In this document: piece by piece, positions 1 to 13,309 of the stretch
How the letters are laid out: each line of letters starts with the position of its first letter
Numbering within the stretch: position 1 is the first letter of the stretch
Notes under the pieces: model-generated
Told to the model about the DNA's origin: nothing
Databases searched by the model: none
What the model saw: only the letters and a program-made list of their open reading frames with translations
Made by a program: the position numbers and the translations under genes
NCBI RefSeq assembly: GCF_006345805.1
Contig: NC_043015.1
Coordinates: forward strand, 11,966,001-12,030,000
Direction of reading: 5' to 3'
DNA length: 64,000 nucleotides
Source: Octopus sinensis
Taxonomy: Eukaryota

Positions 1-88
1 AACTTCTAATTTTTTGTCTCTTGAGGTTTCTGGGTGAGACTTGTACAAATAGAAAGCAAAAGTCAAACTAATAATAATAATAATAATA

Positions 89-128
<40 letters not shown>

Positions 129-129
129 T

Positions 130-330
130 TTGGTACCAGGCCAGTAAGTTCGGGAGAGTAGCGAAGTCGATTATATCGATCTCAGTGCTCAACTGGTACT
201 TATTTTATACACCCCGAAAGGAAGAAAAGCAAAGTCGACCTCGGCGGAATTTGAACTCAGAATGCGAAGACGAGCGAAATACCGCTAAGTATTTTGCCCG
301 GCTTGTTAACGATTCTGCCGGCTCACCAAC
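130..330 (-). mobile_element. tRNA-derived SINE, family A (core GAGGTCGACTTTGCCTTTCATCCTTTCGGGGTCGATAAA; Meta/MESC-like)
   Basis: Reverse strand shows a tRNA-like head with B box GAGTTCAAATTCC and the core that recurs more than ten times in the window; follows an (AAT)n tract at 69-128. Confidence 0.85.
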
Positions 331-821
331 TTAATAATAACAATAATCGCCTCTCTTGAGCCAACCTAGAAGTCAGGGTTTTAAAAGAAAATACTTTGGC
401 ATCCACTCGAACAAATGCAAGAAACAATTTGGATGGCAAAGTAAAGGCATGGCTTATTTCTGTGGAAATTTGAGCCAGTGAGGCGTTAACTATTCCGCGC
501 GACAGGCCGGACCTCTATTAATTGTGTCATTTTGAAAGTGTGTATCAATCAAAGAAAGGAGGCGCCCTGTCCCCACCAATGCAACAGTGCCCTAAATCTT
601 ACGGGCGTTTTTTTCACACTATGTATTCGCAAGAATACGGTTTCTGTTTTTCAGTGTCTGAGCATTTCTTACCATAACTTATACTAGTAGTTAATGATTG
701 ATTTGATCATGCTACAGAAGGAAGAAAAACTTTTTGCTAAATTTTAAGCAGCTTTGATCGAGTCGAGATGCAGCCAATCTTAAATAGAGGAACGTATAAA
801 AAAATTTTTTTTTTATTTTCA

Positions 822-1013
822 GATAAAAAAAATCATGGAAAAATATCAAAATTGTTGAAAATCGTAGAAATACACAATAGTTGCTCTATTACCATAAAAC
901 CCAAAGTCAAGCTATTCTGTCATCAAATTGCAGGTCCTTCCTCATTGCACGGAATCAATTATGCATGGAAGAGTTTTTATGTGGAGATGTTCAAAAGTTC
1001 TGATTCATGTTGA
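822..1013 (+). CDS. candidate terminal exon, product unknown
   Basis: Strong acceptor ttttttattttcag at 821, then an open frame (DKKNHG...SSDSC*) in non-repetitive sequence; no recognisable domain. Confidence 0.2.
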   Translation, partial: DKKNHGKISKLLKIVEIHNSCSITIKPKVKLFCHQIAGPSSLHGINYAWKSFYVEMFKSSDSC

Positions 1014-1615
1014 ATATGCCTAATGGAAGCCATTAACGGAGCCTGTAGAATTAATTGAAGCAAACACCAAGTATGACTTAGTTCACAAAGCCGGTGGATA
1101 CGAAACCACTGATTCGCTTCTTGCACCGAGTAATGCAGATAAGGTTGTAACAACAATGGAAATAATAGTGAGCAAACAATCAAATTTCAGATGATATCGA
1201 AATTCGAGGTGACCGTAATCTCGTTTTATTGAACCTGCTAATGATGTTACACTAGATTTTAATCCTAAAATTAAAGGCCTAAACATTCCAACCGGTACTA
1301 CTGATATCCATGCAACACCGGCAATAAAGGTTCCATCCGACCAATTACATGATAATACTGACCAATTAAGCGAACTTGTAGCAGTGACATGAAAGGTGCA
1401 GAGTTTCTTAAATCAGGGTAGATTGTGATATAATCCCCATTAAACATTAAGTATATTATTAGATACTTTTCTTTAACTTATTGTTTAGTATCGCATGCTT
1501 TATATTAGTATTCTGTTTAGAATCCAATACTCATCATTTTGCGAATAAAGTTGGATGATTGACTGTTTGATATTAAAAGTCAAATAAGTTTTATTTGCTT
1601 GTCGTATTATTTTCA

Positions 1616-1669
1616 CGTAAGTATAAGATAGTCCGTAAGTATAAGATAGTCCGTAAGTATAAGATAGTT
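1616..1669. repeat. 18-bp tandem repeat x3 (CGTAAGTATAAGATAGTC)
   Basis: Read directly from sequence. Confidence 0.95.
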
Positions 1670-2027
1670 TTTTTGTCAGAAAAAGAGGTGGAGGGACAGG
1701 GAATTCATTCCTAGAGACTGGTGTAAATGGTGCAATATTTATTCTGGCCTATCCTGCTTATTAAGGATATATATATAGGGAGCGCTAAGAGTGTCTTTAT
1801 TGCCAAACACAGAAAAGCATTGCTACATCATATGTTGACCCCTGAGGGCAGCTCTAACCAAGCTGATCTACTATGAAAGTCATCTAGCGCTGACGACAAC
1901 TTTGTAGACCTGCTTGATTGGGACTAACCAAGGAATGAACAAGTGGCATAGCAACTTTTTTTCTGTCTGAAGGCAAATACACTTTTAATGCTCCTTTTTG
2001 TAATTAATTGGCAGGATAGCTCAGAAT

Positions 2028-2206
2028 ATTGATTTCAAATTTTGGTACAAGACCAGCAATTTCAGGGGAGGAGACCAGTCGATTACATCGACCCCAGTGA
2101 TTCACTGGTACTTAATTTATCGACCCTGAAAGAATGAAAACCAAAGTCGAACTCGGCGGAATTTGAACTCAGGACGTAAAGTAACGATTCTGCTAGCTCG
2201 CTGCCT
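2028..2206 (-). mobile_element. SINE family A copy
   Basis: Same core and B box as 130-330. Confidence 0.85.
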
Positions 2207-2417
2207 AGGCCAGAATAAATGCTGCATCCCCCACACAAATGCCTGGAAGTGAATTCCCTAATCGTCGGCACGTTTCTGGGCTACACATCAATAACATCTC
2301 AGCCAGCTGCGACCGATCTTAAATCTTCAATAAACTGAAATAATCGATCTTTTAATTAATAAATTTAATTAATTGTTTAAAATATTTTATTTAAGTAATC
2401 CTTTAATAACTGGAAAC

Positions 2418-2758
2418 GGATCTTTTGCTTTTCATCGGCATGTCGATAAATTAATTTTTTTTTTACTAAACACTTTCATACTTCGGAGACTGGTGGAATG
2501 TGTCATACAGAACAACGTTTACTCTAAGCGTTGTTGAGAAAAGTTTCTATTTACGAAGTTATTTCGTGTTAAAGTTGTCGTATTTCGGTAATTTCAACCA
2601 ATCAATGACGTGTATTCAGCTGAATAAAATTGCTGCTGTTTGTCAACAACAACTATCAGTGGTATATATTTCGTTTGTCACCGTTATTTATGATATCGTT
2701 CGTGCGTTTGTACTGGTTTTAGCTTTAGTGTTAGGGTTAGGCTAGGGTTTTAGGGTTA
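2418..2758 (+). mobile_element. single arm of the foldback element seen at 44736-45603, ending in TTAGGG-like repeats
   Basis: Aligns by eye with 44736-45130 from GGATCTTT onward; ends ttagggttaggctagggttttagggtt. Confidence 0.8.
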
Positions 2759-2759
2759 T

Positions 2760-3123
2760 GTGAATCAGAGCCTTTGCGAAGGATCTCAAGGCTTCAGAAT
2801 GCACCATCGGAAGAGTTGTGCATGAGGACATCCGGTTCAAGTGATGTCATATGTGACGAGAGAATCTTTCCGTGGAAACGATTACTAAGAACACTAACAG
2901 GCTGGAATACTTCGGTTTTTCTACGATAAGATTAATTTCGATCAGGACCAAAGAGTAAACCGAAGGAAGAACAGATCCTTACGCAGAGACCTGAATGCAG
3001 TTCCAATGGTCGTGCATACAAAATTTCCAGCAATTGTGATGGTTATGCAAGTCAAGAGCAACAAGGAAGATTTCGTGCCTTCAAATGTTGTTACATGGCT
3101 TCAAAGATAATACTGCGGTCTAC

Positions 3124-3125
<2 letters not shown>
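2760..3125 (+). mobile_element. maT (DD37D)-like transposase relic, middle part
   Basis: Decayed translation VVHEDIRFK...FFYDKINFDQDQRVN...VVHTKFPAIVMV resembles maT-type WFFSDEKNF.QDQ..N. Confidence 0.7.
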
Positions 3126-3176
<51 letters not shown>

Positions 3177-3239
3177 GTGCCTCGGATGGGAAATATCTAG
3201 GTCATTCATGACCGAAGAGAGCTTTACACTTTATATATC

Positions 3240-4073
3240 GGTTGTGTGCACAGTGAGACCAAGCAGTTATCTTCATGAAGCAGTCTGCCAAGTGACATCT
3301 GTTTTTTTTATTACCCACTAGGGGCAATCTGCCAAGTGACATCGATGTGTTTACTTCGCTAGTTGTGAAATTGGTGTTTTTGCGATCACATACTATAGTC
3401 TCTGATTTTGTCATGGACAGAAACAAAGAGCCAGCGTGAAATTTTGCGTTAAACTTGGGAAGTCTGCTACAGGGACATTGAATATGCTCACGCAAGCTTA
3501 CGGCGGCGAGGCAATGGGTTGTACGCAATGCTTCGAGAGGCACGGGTGCCTCAAAAGCGGAAGAATGTCTCTGGAAGATGGTGAGCCATCTGGAAGACCT
3601 GCTACGTCCGTCATCCCTGGAAATTTAATATTGTGCATCGACAGTTTGTCCCCTAGTGCCAGAGTGCCAATCGAGAGTTGGGACCGGATCTATGGAACGC
3701 CAAGAATTGGATTCTTCAGGACGAAAATGTACCGTCCCCGAGCTTTCCTCACACGTGAGTTGCTCGCCAAAAATAACATGGTAAGGCTTCCGCACTCTTC
3801 TATTTGCCAGATTTAGCACATTCGGCTTTCTGTCACTTCCTCGAGATGAAATAGCGGCTCAAAGGCCACCGTTTTATCACCGTTGTCAAAATCAAGAGCA
3901 CATTGTAGGAGGTCCTCGACTCGCTTACGGAAAACGACTTCCAGGCCGGATTCTAAAAGTGGCAGGAACGCTGCACAAGGTGACTATTTCGAAGCAGAGA
4001 ATGTTAGAATTTAGGTAAATAAGTTATATTTTATTAAACATAACTAGTCCGGGAACCTTTTGATACCACCTCC
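3240..4073 (+). mobile_element. internally deleted mariner element with 3' TIR
   Basis: ORF 3436-3816 gives a mariner HTH (KFCVKLGKSAT...SGRP); C-terminal DSLTENDFQAGF.KWQER; TIR ACTAGTCCGGGAACCTTTTGATACCACCTC at about 4045-4073; same family as 46177-47345. Confidence 0.9.
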
Positions 4074-4074
4074 T

Positions 4075-4114
4075 GTGTGCGTGTGTTTGTGTGTGTGTGT
4101 TTGTGTGTGTGGGT

Positions 4115-4145
<31 letters not shown>

Positions 4146-4471
4146 CGTACGCGCTTGTGTGTGTGTGTCTTTGTGTTTGTTTGTGTGTGCGTGTGTTTGT
4201 GTGTGTGTGTTTGTGTGTGTGGGTGTGTGTTTGTGTGTGTGGTGTGTGTGTGTGTGGGTGTGTGTTGTGTGTTGTGTGTGTGTGTGTGCGTACGCGCTTG
4301 TGTGTGTGTGTGTCTTTGTGTTTGTTTGTGTGTGCGTGTGTTTGTGTGTGTGTGGTTTGTGTGTGTGGGTGTGTGTTTGTGTGTGTGTGTGTGTGTGTGC
4401 GTGCGCGCTTGTGTGTGTGTGTCTTTGTGTTTGTTTGTGTGTTTGTGTGTGTTTGTGTGTTTGTGTTTGTT

Positions 4472-4517
<46 letters not shown>

Positions 4518-4548
4518 TGTTTGTGTTTGTGTGTGTGCGTGTGTGTGC
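4075..4548. repeat. (TG)n-derived minisatellite with higher-order duplication
   Basis: Block gcgtacgcgcttgtgtg...tctttgtgtttgtttg recurs near 4145, 4288 and (variant) 4400; source of the spurious HT/CV ORFs. Confidence 0.9.
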
Positions 4549-4804
4549 AAACACATATAAAGATGTAACTATACGTTTTATATAGAGACAAAGACAGAAA
4601 GACATCCATTTTGAAATATATGTATAGAGTGAGCTTGAGGGAGAGAGAAAGAAAGAGGGCGACATATATAGGTATATACATTATAGGTATATACATATAC
4701 ACATATATATATAGGTATATACATTATAGGTATATACATATATACCTAATATTGTGTTATAATATATATCCATATATAAATATATATACCGTATTTTTAT
4801 GTAT

Positions 4805-4945
4805 ACAGTACATACATTACATACATACATACATACATACATATATACATACATACATACATACACATACATACATACATACATACATACATACATACAT
4901 ACATACATACATACATACATACATACATACATACATACATAGACA
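4805..4945. repeat. (TACA)n microsatellite
   Basis: Read directly. Confidence 0.95.
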
Positions 4946-5559
4946 CACACGCGTCGCAGTACATTATTACTTGAAATGATATTGCTCCACGTGTTCAATG
5001 ATGTAATAATTGTACTTCTCATATATATAGTTATTCCCTTCTATCTATCTGCGAATATATCTGCCACTTTCTTTTGAAGAACTTTCTATTGTTATCGTGA
5101 CTGTAAGGAGAACGAAAAATTAAAATCAATATTTTAATCGTCTTGTCATATGTGGAGAACTTCAATGCCCGAAGGAATCACTGGTTAAAATGAAACTGGA
5201 AAAAAATAGTTTTATCATTCATAATGACATTCATTTGGTTGGTTTGAGAGAGACAGATTGCTTGGAAGAGATCTGATGTAGTAAAAGTTCGATTTGGCCG
5301 TTTTGAAAAGAAGAAGTCAGACATCTGTGAAAAAAAAGTCGAAGAGTTTTGCACAATTGTATAATACAGATACAGACACATACAGACATATTCACGCACT
5401 CTCATAGAACTTCTCTCACACTCGTACACACACACACAAATGCATATGTTTCTATATACATATATATATATATAGAATATATATTATATTTATACATATA
5501 TTTTCCTGCAGTCAGTCGTTTGTTCATGGCTTTGGCATGACTTGATAAGCTTTCTCCAT

Positions 5560-6090
5560 ACTGGTCGGCTTTTCGCTTGAGTTTGCTATTTATAGAGATC
5601 AATTCCTTTCCACTTCGTATTACTTTATGCAGTGTCTTTGAATCTCTGTCTAGATCTTCCTTACAAAGTTAGAAGTAAAGAAGCTGTCTGGGGAGACTGC
5701 AGCTATTCATCCTCTGTACGCGTCCAACCAACGTGAATTTCTATCAATGAAGATTACGATCATAGAAGGCAGACCAGCATGCTGGAATGTCACTTACTTC
5801 CTGATCCTGCGAAACAGAGTAAATTTCATAATTCGTCGCAGCAGTATCCATGTAACTTTCTATTTGGGCTTTATAGAATATCCAGGTTTCACCTTCATAT
5901 AGCAGTGACGAAAGCACTATACCCTATTATACCTTTCATTTAACCCGTATAGAAATATGTCTATTTTTCTACAGCCTCACCTGTAGCCTGCCAAATTAAG
6001 CACGAGATCTGTACATCCCTTATGTAATTTCCTCCTTTACTCGTGCATTATCTGAGATGGTCTTGCCTAGGGTTTTTGAATAACTAGTCT
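5560..6090 (-). mobile_element. RTE-clade LINE fragment, post-RT C-terminal region
   Basis: Decayed translation LGKTISDNARV.EEI...FGRL...KNRHIS...SLLYEGETW...RFKDT matches the RTE pattern LGSTIS...LLYGAETW...RFKD. Confidence 0.8.
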
Positions 6091-6121
6091 TACATGCATA
6101 GATACATACATATATATATGC

Positions 6122-6185
<64 letters not shown>

Positions 6186-6286
6186 ACTTACTTGGAATAG
6201 GATGCGTGGCGTTCAATCATATAATGATATAAATGATATATATATGCATATATACATACGTATATGTACATACTTACATCTATACG

Positions 6287-6391
<105 letters not shown>

Positions 6392-6409
6392 TATGTGTGT
6401 GTGCACGAG

Positions 6410-6745
6410 ATTATGTATGTATTCTTTCTTTTTTATTCTTTTATTTGTTTCAGTAATTTAACAGCGGCTATGCTGGAGCACTGCCTTGGGCCGAACCAAT
6501 GGACCTCAGTACTTATTCTTTGTAAGCCTACTACTTAATCTATCGGTCTCTTTTACCGAACCGCTAAGTTGCGGGGACGTAAAAACACACCAGCATCGGT
6601 TGTCAAACTTTTGTGGGGAGACAAACACACAAACATATACATATACATACGACGGGTTTCTTTCAGTTTCCGTCTACCAAATCCATTTATAAGGCTCTGG
6701 TCGGTCCGTGGTTATAGTAGAAGTTACTTGCCCAAGGTGCCAGGC
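6410..6745 (-). mobile_element. SINE family B (CORE-type, CCTTGGGCAAG) copy
   Basis: Reverse complement of family B body and tail; family A SINE adjoins at 6749-7000. Confidence 0.8.
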
Positions 6746-6748
6746 AGT

Positions 6749-7000
6749 TTGACCGAATCCAGAAACATATGTATTTCTTTATTGCCCACAAGGAGCTAAA
6801 CATAGAGGGGACAAACAAGGACAGACAAAGGAATTAAGTCGATTACATCGACTGCAGTGGGAAACTGGTACTTTATTTATCGACCCCGAAAGGATGAAAG
6901 GCAAAGTCCACCTCGGCGGAATTTGAACTCAGAACGTAACGACAGACGAAATACGGCTACGCATTTCGCCCGGCGTGCTAACGTTTCTGCCAGCTCGCCA
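6749..7000 (-). mobile_element. SINE family A copy
   Basis: GGCGAGCTGGCAGAAACGTTAGCACGCCGG head and full core on the minus strand. Confidence 0.9.
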
Positions 7001-7328
7001 TATGGTTTCGAAGAAAGCTTCTTACCTCACAGACCTGCCTGAACCTATGTATATATGTATATATTATATAACATATATTATATTTGTATGTATATTACAT
7101 ACTTTGTCATCTATATCTCACCTGTTTCAGCCATTGAACAATGACTATGCTACGATATCACCTTAAAGGATTTAGACGAACAAATCGCCTCAAGTATTTA
7201 TTTTCTAAAGCACGCTACTTATTCTATCGTATTCCTTTTGCTGAGCTGCTATTTTACGTTGGTTTAAACAGACAACCAACGGTCAACCGGTGGTGGGTGA
7301 CAAACACAAATACAGTAGCACGCACACA

Positions 7329-7380
<52 letters not shown>

Positions 7381-7682
7381 AATAATAAAGGTGGCTTATT
7401 TGCAATTTAGAGCCGAAAGACAAAACTATAGACGTCACTAAAGTGTCTAATGGTAATAGTTAGCACTGGCATTGCTAGAAATAAGAGTCAAAACAACCCT
7501 TAACCACAACAACGCACTTATCTTGTGACCGACAAGCGAGGCAGGCTCTTTAGAGCAGTCACTCATAAGATAAGGGCGTTCATGTGGCTAAGAGTTGTTT
7601 TGACTCTTCTTTCTAGCAACGCTGGCGCTAACTGGTACCCTGAGTCAATTTAGTGACGTCTATATATATGTGTGTGTGTGTG

Positions 7683-7724
<42 letters not shown>

Positions 7725-7730
<6 letters not shown>

Positions 7731-8060
7731 GAATACAAATTGGGACAAGAACGCAAAACATTTAGAAGACGATACAAAAACACGGACGGGACATCCGAAG
7801 CCTTCGATCTTCTGTCAAGAACCGGATCATCCTCGCAATTTCGGCTGATTAATCTTGAGATTGCTCCGATCTGGCCAGCCCAAGGAAAATCTAAGCTAAG
7901 CGCATTAGATCCCTTGGAAGAAAGCCTCGAATGTATACAAAACAAAGACGGAAAAACGGACGATGTTACACGAATATGAATACAAAAATACGTAAAAACA
8001 CTAATAATAATAATAACAAAAACAGGACGTCACAAACAGGCGTCTTTCGACAGGACGAGT
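7725..8060. mobile_element. unclassified interspersed repeat with strong predicted hairpins
   Basis: Reverse complement of 7730-7770 matches 11940-11990; adjacent stems GGCTG/CAGCC and CAAGG..ATCTAA/TTAGAT..CCTTG. Confidence 0.5.
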
Positions 8061-8074
8061 AAACTTTGGGCATC

Positions 8075-8198
8075 AGGCGTGGTTGTGGGTAAGAAGCTTG
8101 CTCCCCTGCTACAAGGTCCCGGATTCAGTCCCACTTTGTGGAACCTTGGGCAAGTGCCTTCTAGTTTACCCTTGGGACGATCAAGCCCGTTGTATATA

Positions 8199-8235
<37 letters not shown>

Positions 8236-8440
8236 CTTTGTGCCCCTTTGTCTCCCTTCGCCACTGAATAACCGGTATTAGTGTGTTCGCGTTCCCGTAA
8301 CCTAGCGGTTCGGCAAAAAGAAACGATGGAATAAATACTAGGCTTTAAAAATTCCTGGGGTCCATTTGTTCGACTAAAAAAAATCCTTCAAAATGATACT
8401 CCTGCATGGCCGCAGTTAAATGATTGAAACAAATAAAAGA
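8075..8440 (+). mobile_element. SINE family B copy with internal (TG)n
   Basis: tRNA-like head, ACCTTGGGCAAGTG core, tail GCATGGCCGCAG..GAAACA. Confidence 0.8.
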
Positions 8441-8466
8441 GTATAACACAGGTTTCTTCCACACAC

Positions 8467-8469
8467 AGA

Positions 8470-8503
<34 letters not shown>

Positions 8504-8505
8504 AG

Positions 8506-8557
<52 letters not shown>

Positions 8558-8563
8558 GATGGT

Positions 8564-8662
<99 letters not shown>

Positions 8663-8826
8663 CGGGTGGGAGGTGAGTACGTAGTTAATTAAGTAGGTAG
8701 GTAGGTAGGTAGGTAGGTAGGTAGGCAGGTAGGTAGGTAGGTAGGTAGAAATGTGGGTCGGTATGTGAGTTGGTAGGTAGCTAGGTAGGTATGTACATAT
8801 GTAGAGTAGAGAGATATAGATAGATA

Positions 8827-8906
<80 letters not shown>

Positions 8907-8960
8907 GTAGGTAGGAGGTAGGTAGGTAGGTAGGTAGGTAGGTAGGTAGGCAGGCAGGCA
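8467..8960. repeat. (GA)n, (GATA)n and (GGTA)n microsatellite block
   Basis: Read directly. Confidence 0.95.
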
Positions 8961-9293
8961 CATGGTAGAGCTTTTTGAAAGATGTGGGTTTATGAAATTT
9001 GAAATGTAAAAGCTTTTTCTTACAGAAACTTATTCACTAAATGTAGCGCTTTAAATAATTTTGATCATAGAATAATAATAAAGATTTATAGCAGAAACTA
9101 CTTAATATTAGAAGAAAGAAACTAGCATTGGAGGGATGGAATCCATTCGAATGTAAAAGTCTTTAATGGAATAATGCTTACCAGATTAGTCACTTTGAAA
9201 AGATATTCAATAATACGGCTTCTCAATGCATCCATAGATACATGAATATACACTAGGATATATATATACATGTATACATGTGTGTTCGTGCGT

Positions 9294-9356
<63 letters not shown>

Positions 9357-9468
9357 GGAGAGAATGAGACAGGCAGCTAGAAAAGCAGAAATGCTCTCTG
9401 AAACACAGAAACATACATGTGTGCGGGCGCACACACACACCCACAGACACACATGTACACACATTCAT

Positions 9469-9510
<42 letters not shown>

Positions 9511-9517
9511 CTATATA

Positions 9518-9950
9518 CACTGAACCGCAAAAGAAACGCGAGACGTGTGTGACTGTGAAATATGTTTCAATTTCATTGTCAGAGATAAATTTTGATAAAT
9601 CTGATAAAGTCAATTTCTTGGTTGCTCTTTGACCACAATCTATGGGTCATTGTTATGTGTTCTGGTAGTGGGCGGATCGAGCACATCGACATTGTAGGAC
9701 GTGACATGTTCAAAACCGTGTATGCCCTTCCTGGGTGTTCAAAACGGCCATACACCGTCGGTACATGGTGTGCATGAGACGATTCGCAAAACCCACTGGC
9801 ACCTGTGCCCACACCCTGAGGAAAGCTGCCTGCAGTTCTACATGAGTTGTCGGATTTGGGACCACCTCGTTTAGCTATTTCTGGATTTCATCCCAAAGAT
9901 GTTCAATTGGGTTCAAATCCGGGCTGAGAGCTGGCCACGACATGGTTCTG
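9518..9950 (-). mobile_element. Tc1 (DD34E) element 3' fragment with TIR
   Basis: Translation SWPALSPDLNPIEHLWDEIQ...RRCMAVLNTQEGHTRF*; terminal TA-CACTGAACCGCAAAAGAAACGC at 9516-9539. Confidence 0.9.
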
Positions 9951-9954
9951 ATGT

Positions 9955-10440
9955 TGTTAAACATCTTTCTGCATTTGTGATTTTCTGGGAAATGCTTATC
10001 TAAAAGAGATGGGAATCTGTTACCTACGATAGTTTAACACTAAGGGAGAAGGTGGAGCGAACCTAATTATTTTCCTAGGTCTATTCTTAGATCTATATTC
10101 ATGATCTGTATTATTACTAGAAGGATTGTATTATATCTTATCTTTGAAGACGCTATTAGCTAAGGCGTAGTTATAATAAGGGATTACCTTATCAAACATT
10201 TCTGTAGAAGAAGAGAGATTGGATATCCTATTATTAATGCTACAAAGGAGTGGAAATCCTATTTATGTATGTAGGAAAATTTTTCGATAGATTTATAGTA
10301 CAGCTTATAAGAGTGAGAGTTTAGATCTACGGAAGCACTTACAGAGTTGAGTTTTGAAACACTGGTTGTAACGGACCAAGAAAATTTGCCAACTTCAACA
10401 AACACAGCTGGTGCTGCTGAATTTTATCCAATCAGTTCTA
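9955..10440 (-). mobile_element. Penelope-like element (PLE) ORF fragment
   Basis: Decayed translation DLNSHSYKLYYK...RPRKII.FAPP...LLDKHFPENHKCRKMFNN resembles PLE post-RT region (IIWYNPPFS...LIDKHFP..HKLHKIFN). Confidence 0.75.
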
Positions 10441-11074
10441 AAAAAAAAATTAACTTCATCGTTTACTACTGCTACCAAATCTAATTCAAACTAATAATGT
10501 AGGAAAATTCCTCTTCAAACAATGTCATATTTATTTATACACACTGAAAAGATTGTACTAATAATGCATGAATCGCTGTATATAAATATGCAACAATATG
10601 TCATTAGATTAGTGCGATCGAAACATTTACCGAACAATTATTCTGAATAAACCAAGTGTAAATAAACGTAAAGATTGAATGTTCAAATTCTTCATTCTCA
10701 TTATTATCAATATTATATATATAAATATATATATATATGTACACATACAAACACTATATATGTCTATAAATATATGTACATTCTATATAAATGTGTGTGT
10801 ACGTGCGTGTAAATTTATGTAAAATAAAATAGTGATGAATTAGTCGCCATTGTTTAATGATTTGACAAATATAAAATAGCGCGATGAGTATGTCAAAAAT
10901 CTATAATTAATTATCGGACATATTTTGTCAGTATTTCCACTGCTCTGCAAAGATTTGTAACGTTGTAATGAAGATGACAATGATGATGGTGATGAGAAGG
11001 AGGAAGAGGAACCAAGAAGGGAGGAAGGGGAGAGAAAGAAGAAGAAAAAAGAGGAAGAAGAAGAATGCATTTAA

Positions 11075-11480
11075 TAGCGTAGGGGAAGTAGGAGGCCTGG
11101 GGGAGCTTGAGGTAAATGAAGACGTAGAGGCGTAAGGAATGTGGGGGCGTAGAGGCGTACGTGGTGTTGGTGCGTAGAGAGTGTCGGGGGTGTAGGGGAT
11201 GTAGGGAGGTTGGTAGTTTAGGACACGCAATTAGCATTGAGTGTATGGGCGTAGATGGGGAACTGAGGGGCGTTTGAGCGTAGGGGAGATAGAGGCGTGG
11301 GCGGTGGAGGCGGCGTTGGGACGTGGAGACCGTTGGGCGTGTAGAGAGTGTTTGGAGTGTTTGGGGGCGCAGGAGCGTTAGCGCAGAGGGAGTGTTGGGG
11401 ACGCAGTTGGTGTTTGGCAGCGTAGAGTGCGTTGGGGGGTTTCGGAACGTAGGAGGCGTGGAGAGCTTGGAGGAAAAGGA
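11075..11480. repeat. degenerate G-rich tandem repeat (GGCGTAGAG / GGCGTTGGG-like units)
   Basis: Visible recurrence of ggcgtag/ggcgttg motifs; strong strand skew. Confidence 0.7.
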
Positions 11481-11526
11481 AGAAAAAAAAACACAAGAAC
11501 ATGAAGATGAAAAGTCGTGAAATGAT

Positions 11527-11606
11527 GAGAAGAAGAAGAAGAAGAAGAAGAAGAGAAGAAGAAGAAGAAGAAGAGAAGAAGAAGAAGAAGAAGAAGAAGA
11601 GAAGAA

Positions 11607-11641
<35 letters not shown>

Positions 11642-11712
11642 AGAAGAGGAAGTAGAAGAGGAAGTAGAAGAAGAAGAAGAAGAAGGAGGAGGAGGAGGAG
11701 GAGGATGAGGAT
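11527..11712. repeat. (GAA)n / (GAG)n microsatellite
   Basis: Read directly. Confidence 0.95.
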
Positions 11713-12005
11713 CACCACCACTGCTACTCTTGTTTTATGCTTTCTCTGTTTGTTGGAGTTTTATGGTTCTTGTCAAGGGACTGTAGTCTTACTGTAGCAT
11801 AGTCTTCAAGAATTTTTCGTCGATTACAATTTTCTTCATATCAATAAAATAAATACTTCTGTTTATATATATATATATATAAACTATGTGTATGTATATA
11901 TATGTGTGTGTGTGTATAAATATATATATATATATGGTTCTTGTGTCGTCTTCTAGGTGTTTCACGTTCTTGTCCCAGTTTGTATATATTTTTTACTTTT
12001 TACAC

Positions 12006-12036
<31 letters not shown>

Positions 12037-12069
12037 ATGAATGTATATATATATATATGTGTGTGTGTG

Positions 12070-12118
<49 letters not shown>

Positions 12119-12778
12119 CTCTTTGACTGCTATTTCTAAATTCGGTATGTGGTAAGGCAATTCGTTGCTAAACCCTTTATTGCTTAGTACTACTTAATTT
12201 TTTCCTCGAATGAGGCTTTTACATGCCGAAGACTACTTGGTGTAATTGATAATTATTCCAAATTAATTAATTTCACCCTTCATTATTACGGATAACCATA
12301 TTTTATCTCAGTAGATGACCACAGCATCTTGTTTTGGCTACACGCGGGTGGGAAGGGGCTGGTGACACAATCTTTTCATTCACGCATTGAATTTGGTGAT
12401 ACTAGTTGCGGATTCTAGCTCGCTCTGATACTGAGTTGAGTTGGTGCCTTCTAGTATCTCAAAATTCAATATATAATCATTTATGATTATAGTATTCTAC
12501 GCTGAAGAGAAAAGAAGTTTTTGGTAAGATAGAATTATTTATTTAATTCTTATGCTTTCCTAAAAACTTGATTTCGAAACGTACGTCCGTAGATAACTTA
12601 AAATTGTATGATAGATTGCCGTCAATTCATTCTCTCTTACCTGTTTGTGTCTGCCTTCCAATTGCTGTTTTTACTGAGATCTCCCTTTTTAGTAGAAGAA
12701 TAGCTATAACTCTTTGACTGCTATTTCTAAATTCGGTATGTGGTAAGGCAATTCGTTGCTAAACCCTTTATTGCTTAG

Positions 12779-13290
<512 letters not shown>

Positions 13291-13309
13291 TGTCTGTCTT
13301 TGTCTTTGA

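Noticed and set aside
4024-4979. His/Thr- and Cys/Val-rich ORFs
   Set aside because: Artefacts of (TG)n and (TACA)n repeats.
11218-11797. poly-Leu and poly-Arg ORFs
   Set aside because: (GAA)n microsatellite; no splice or domain support.
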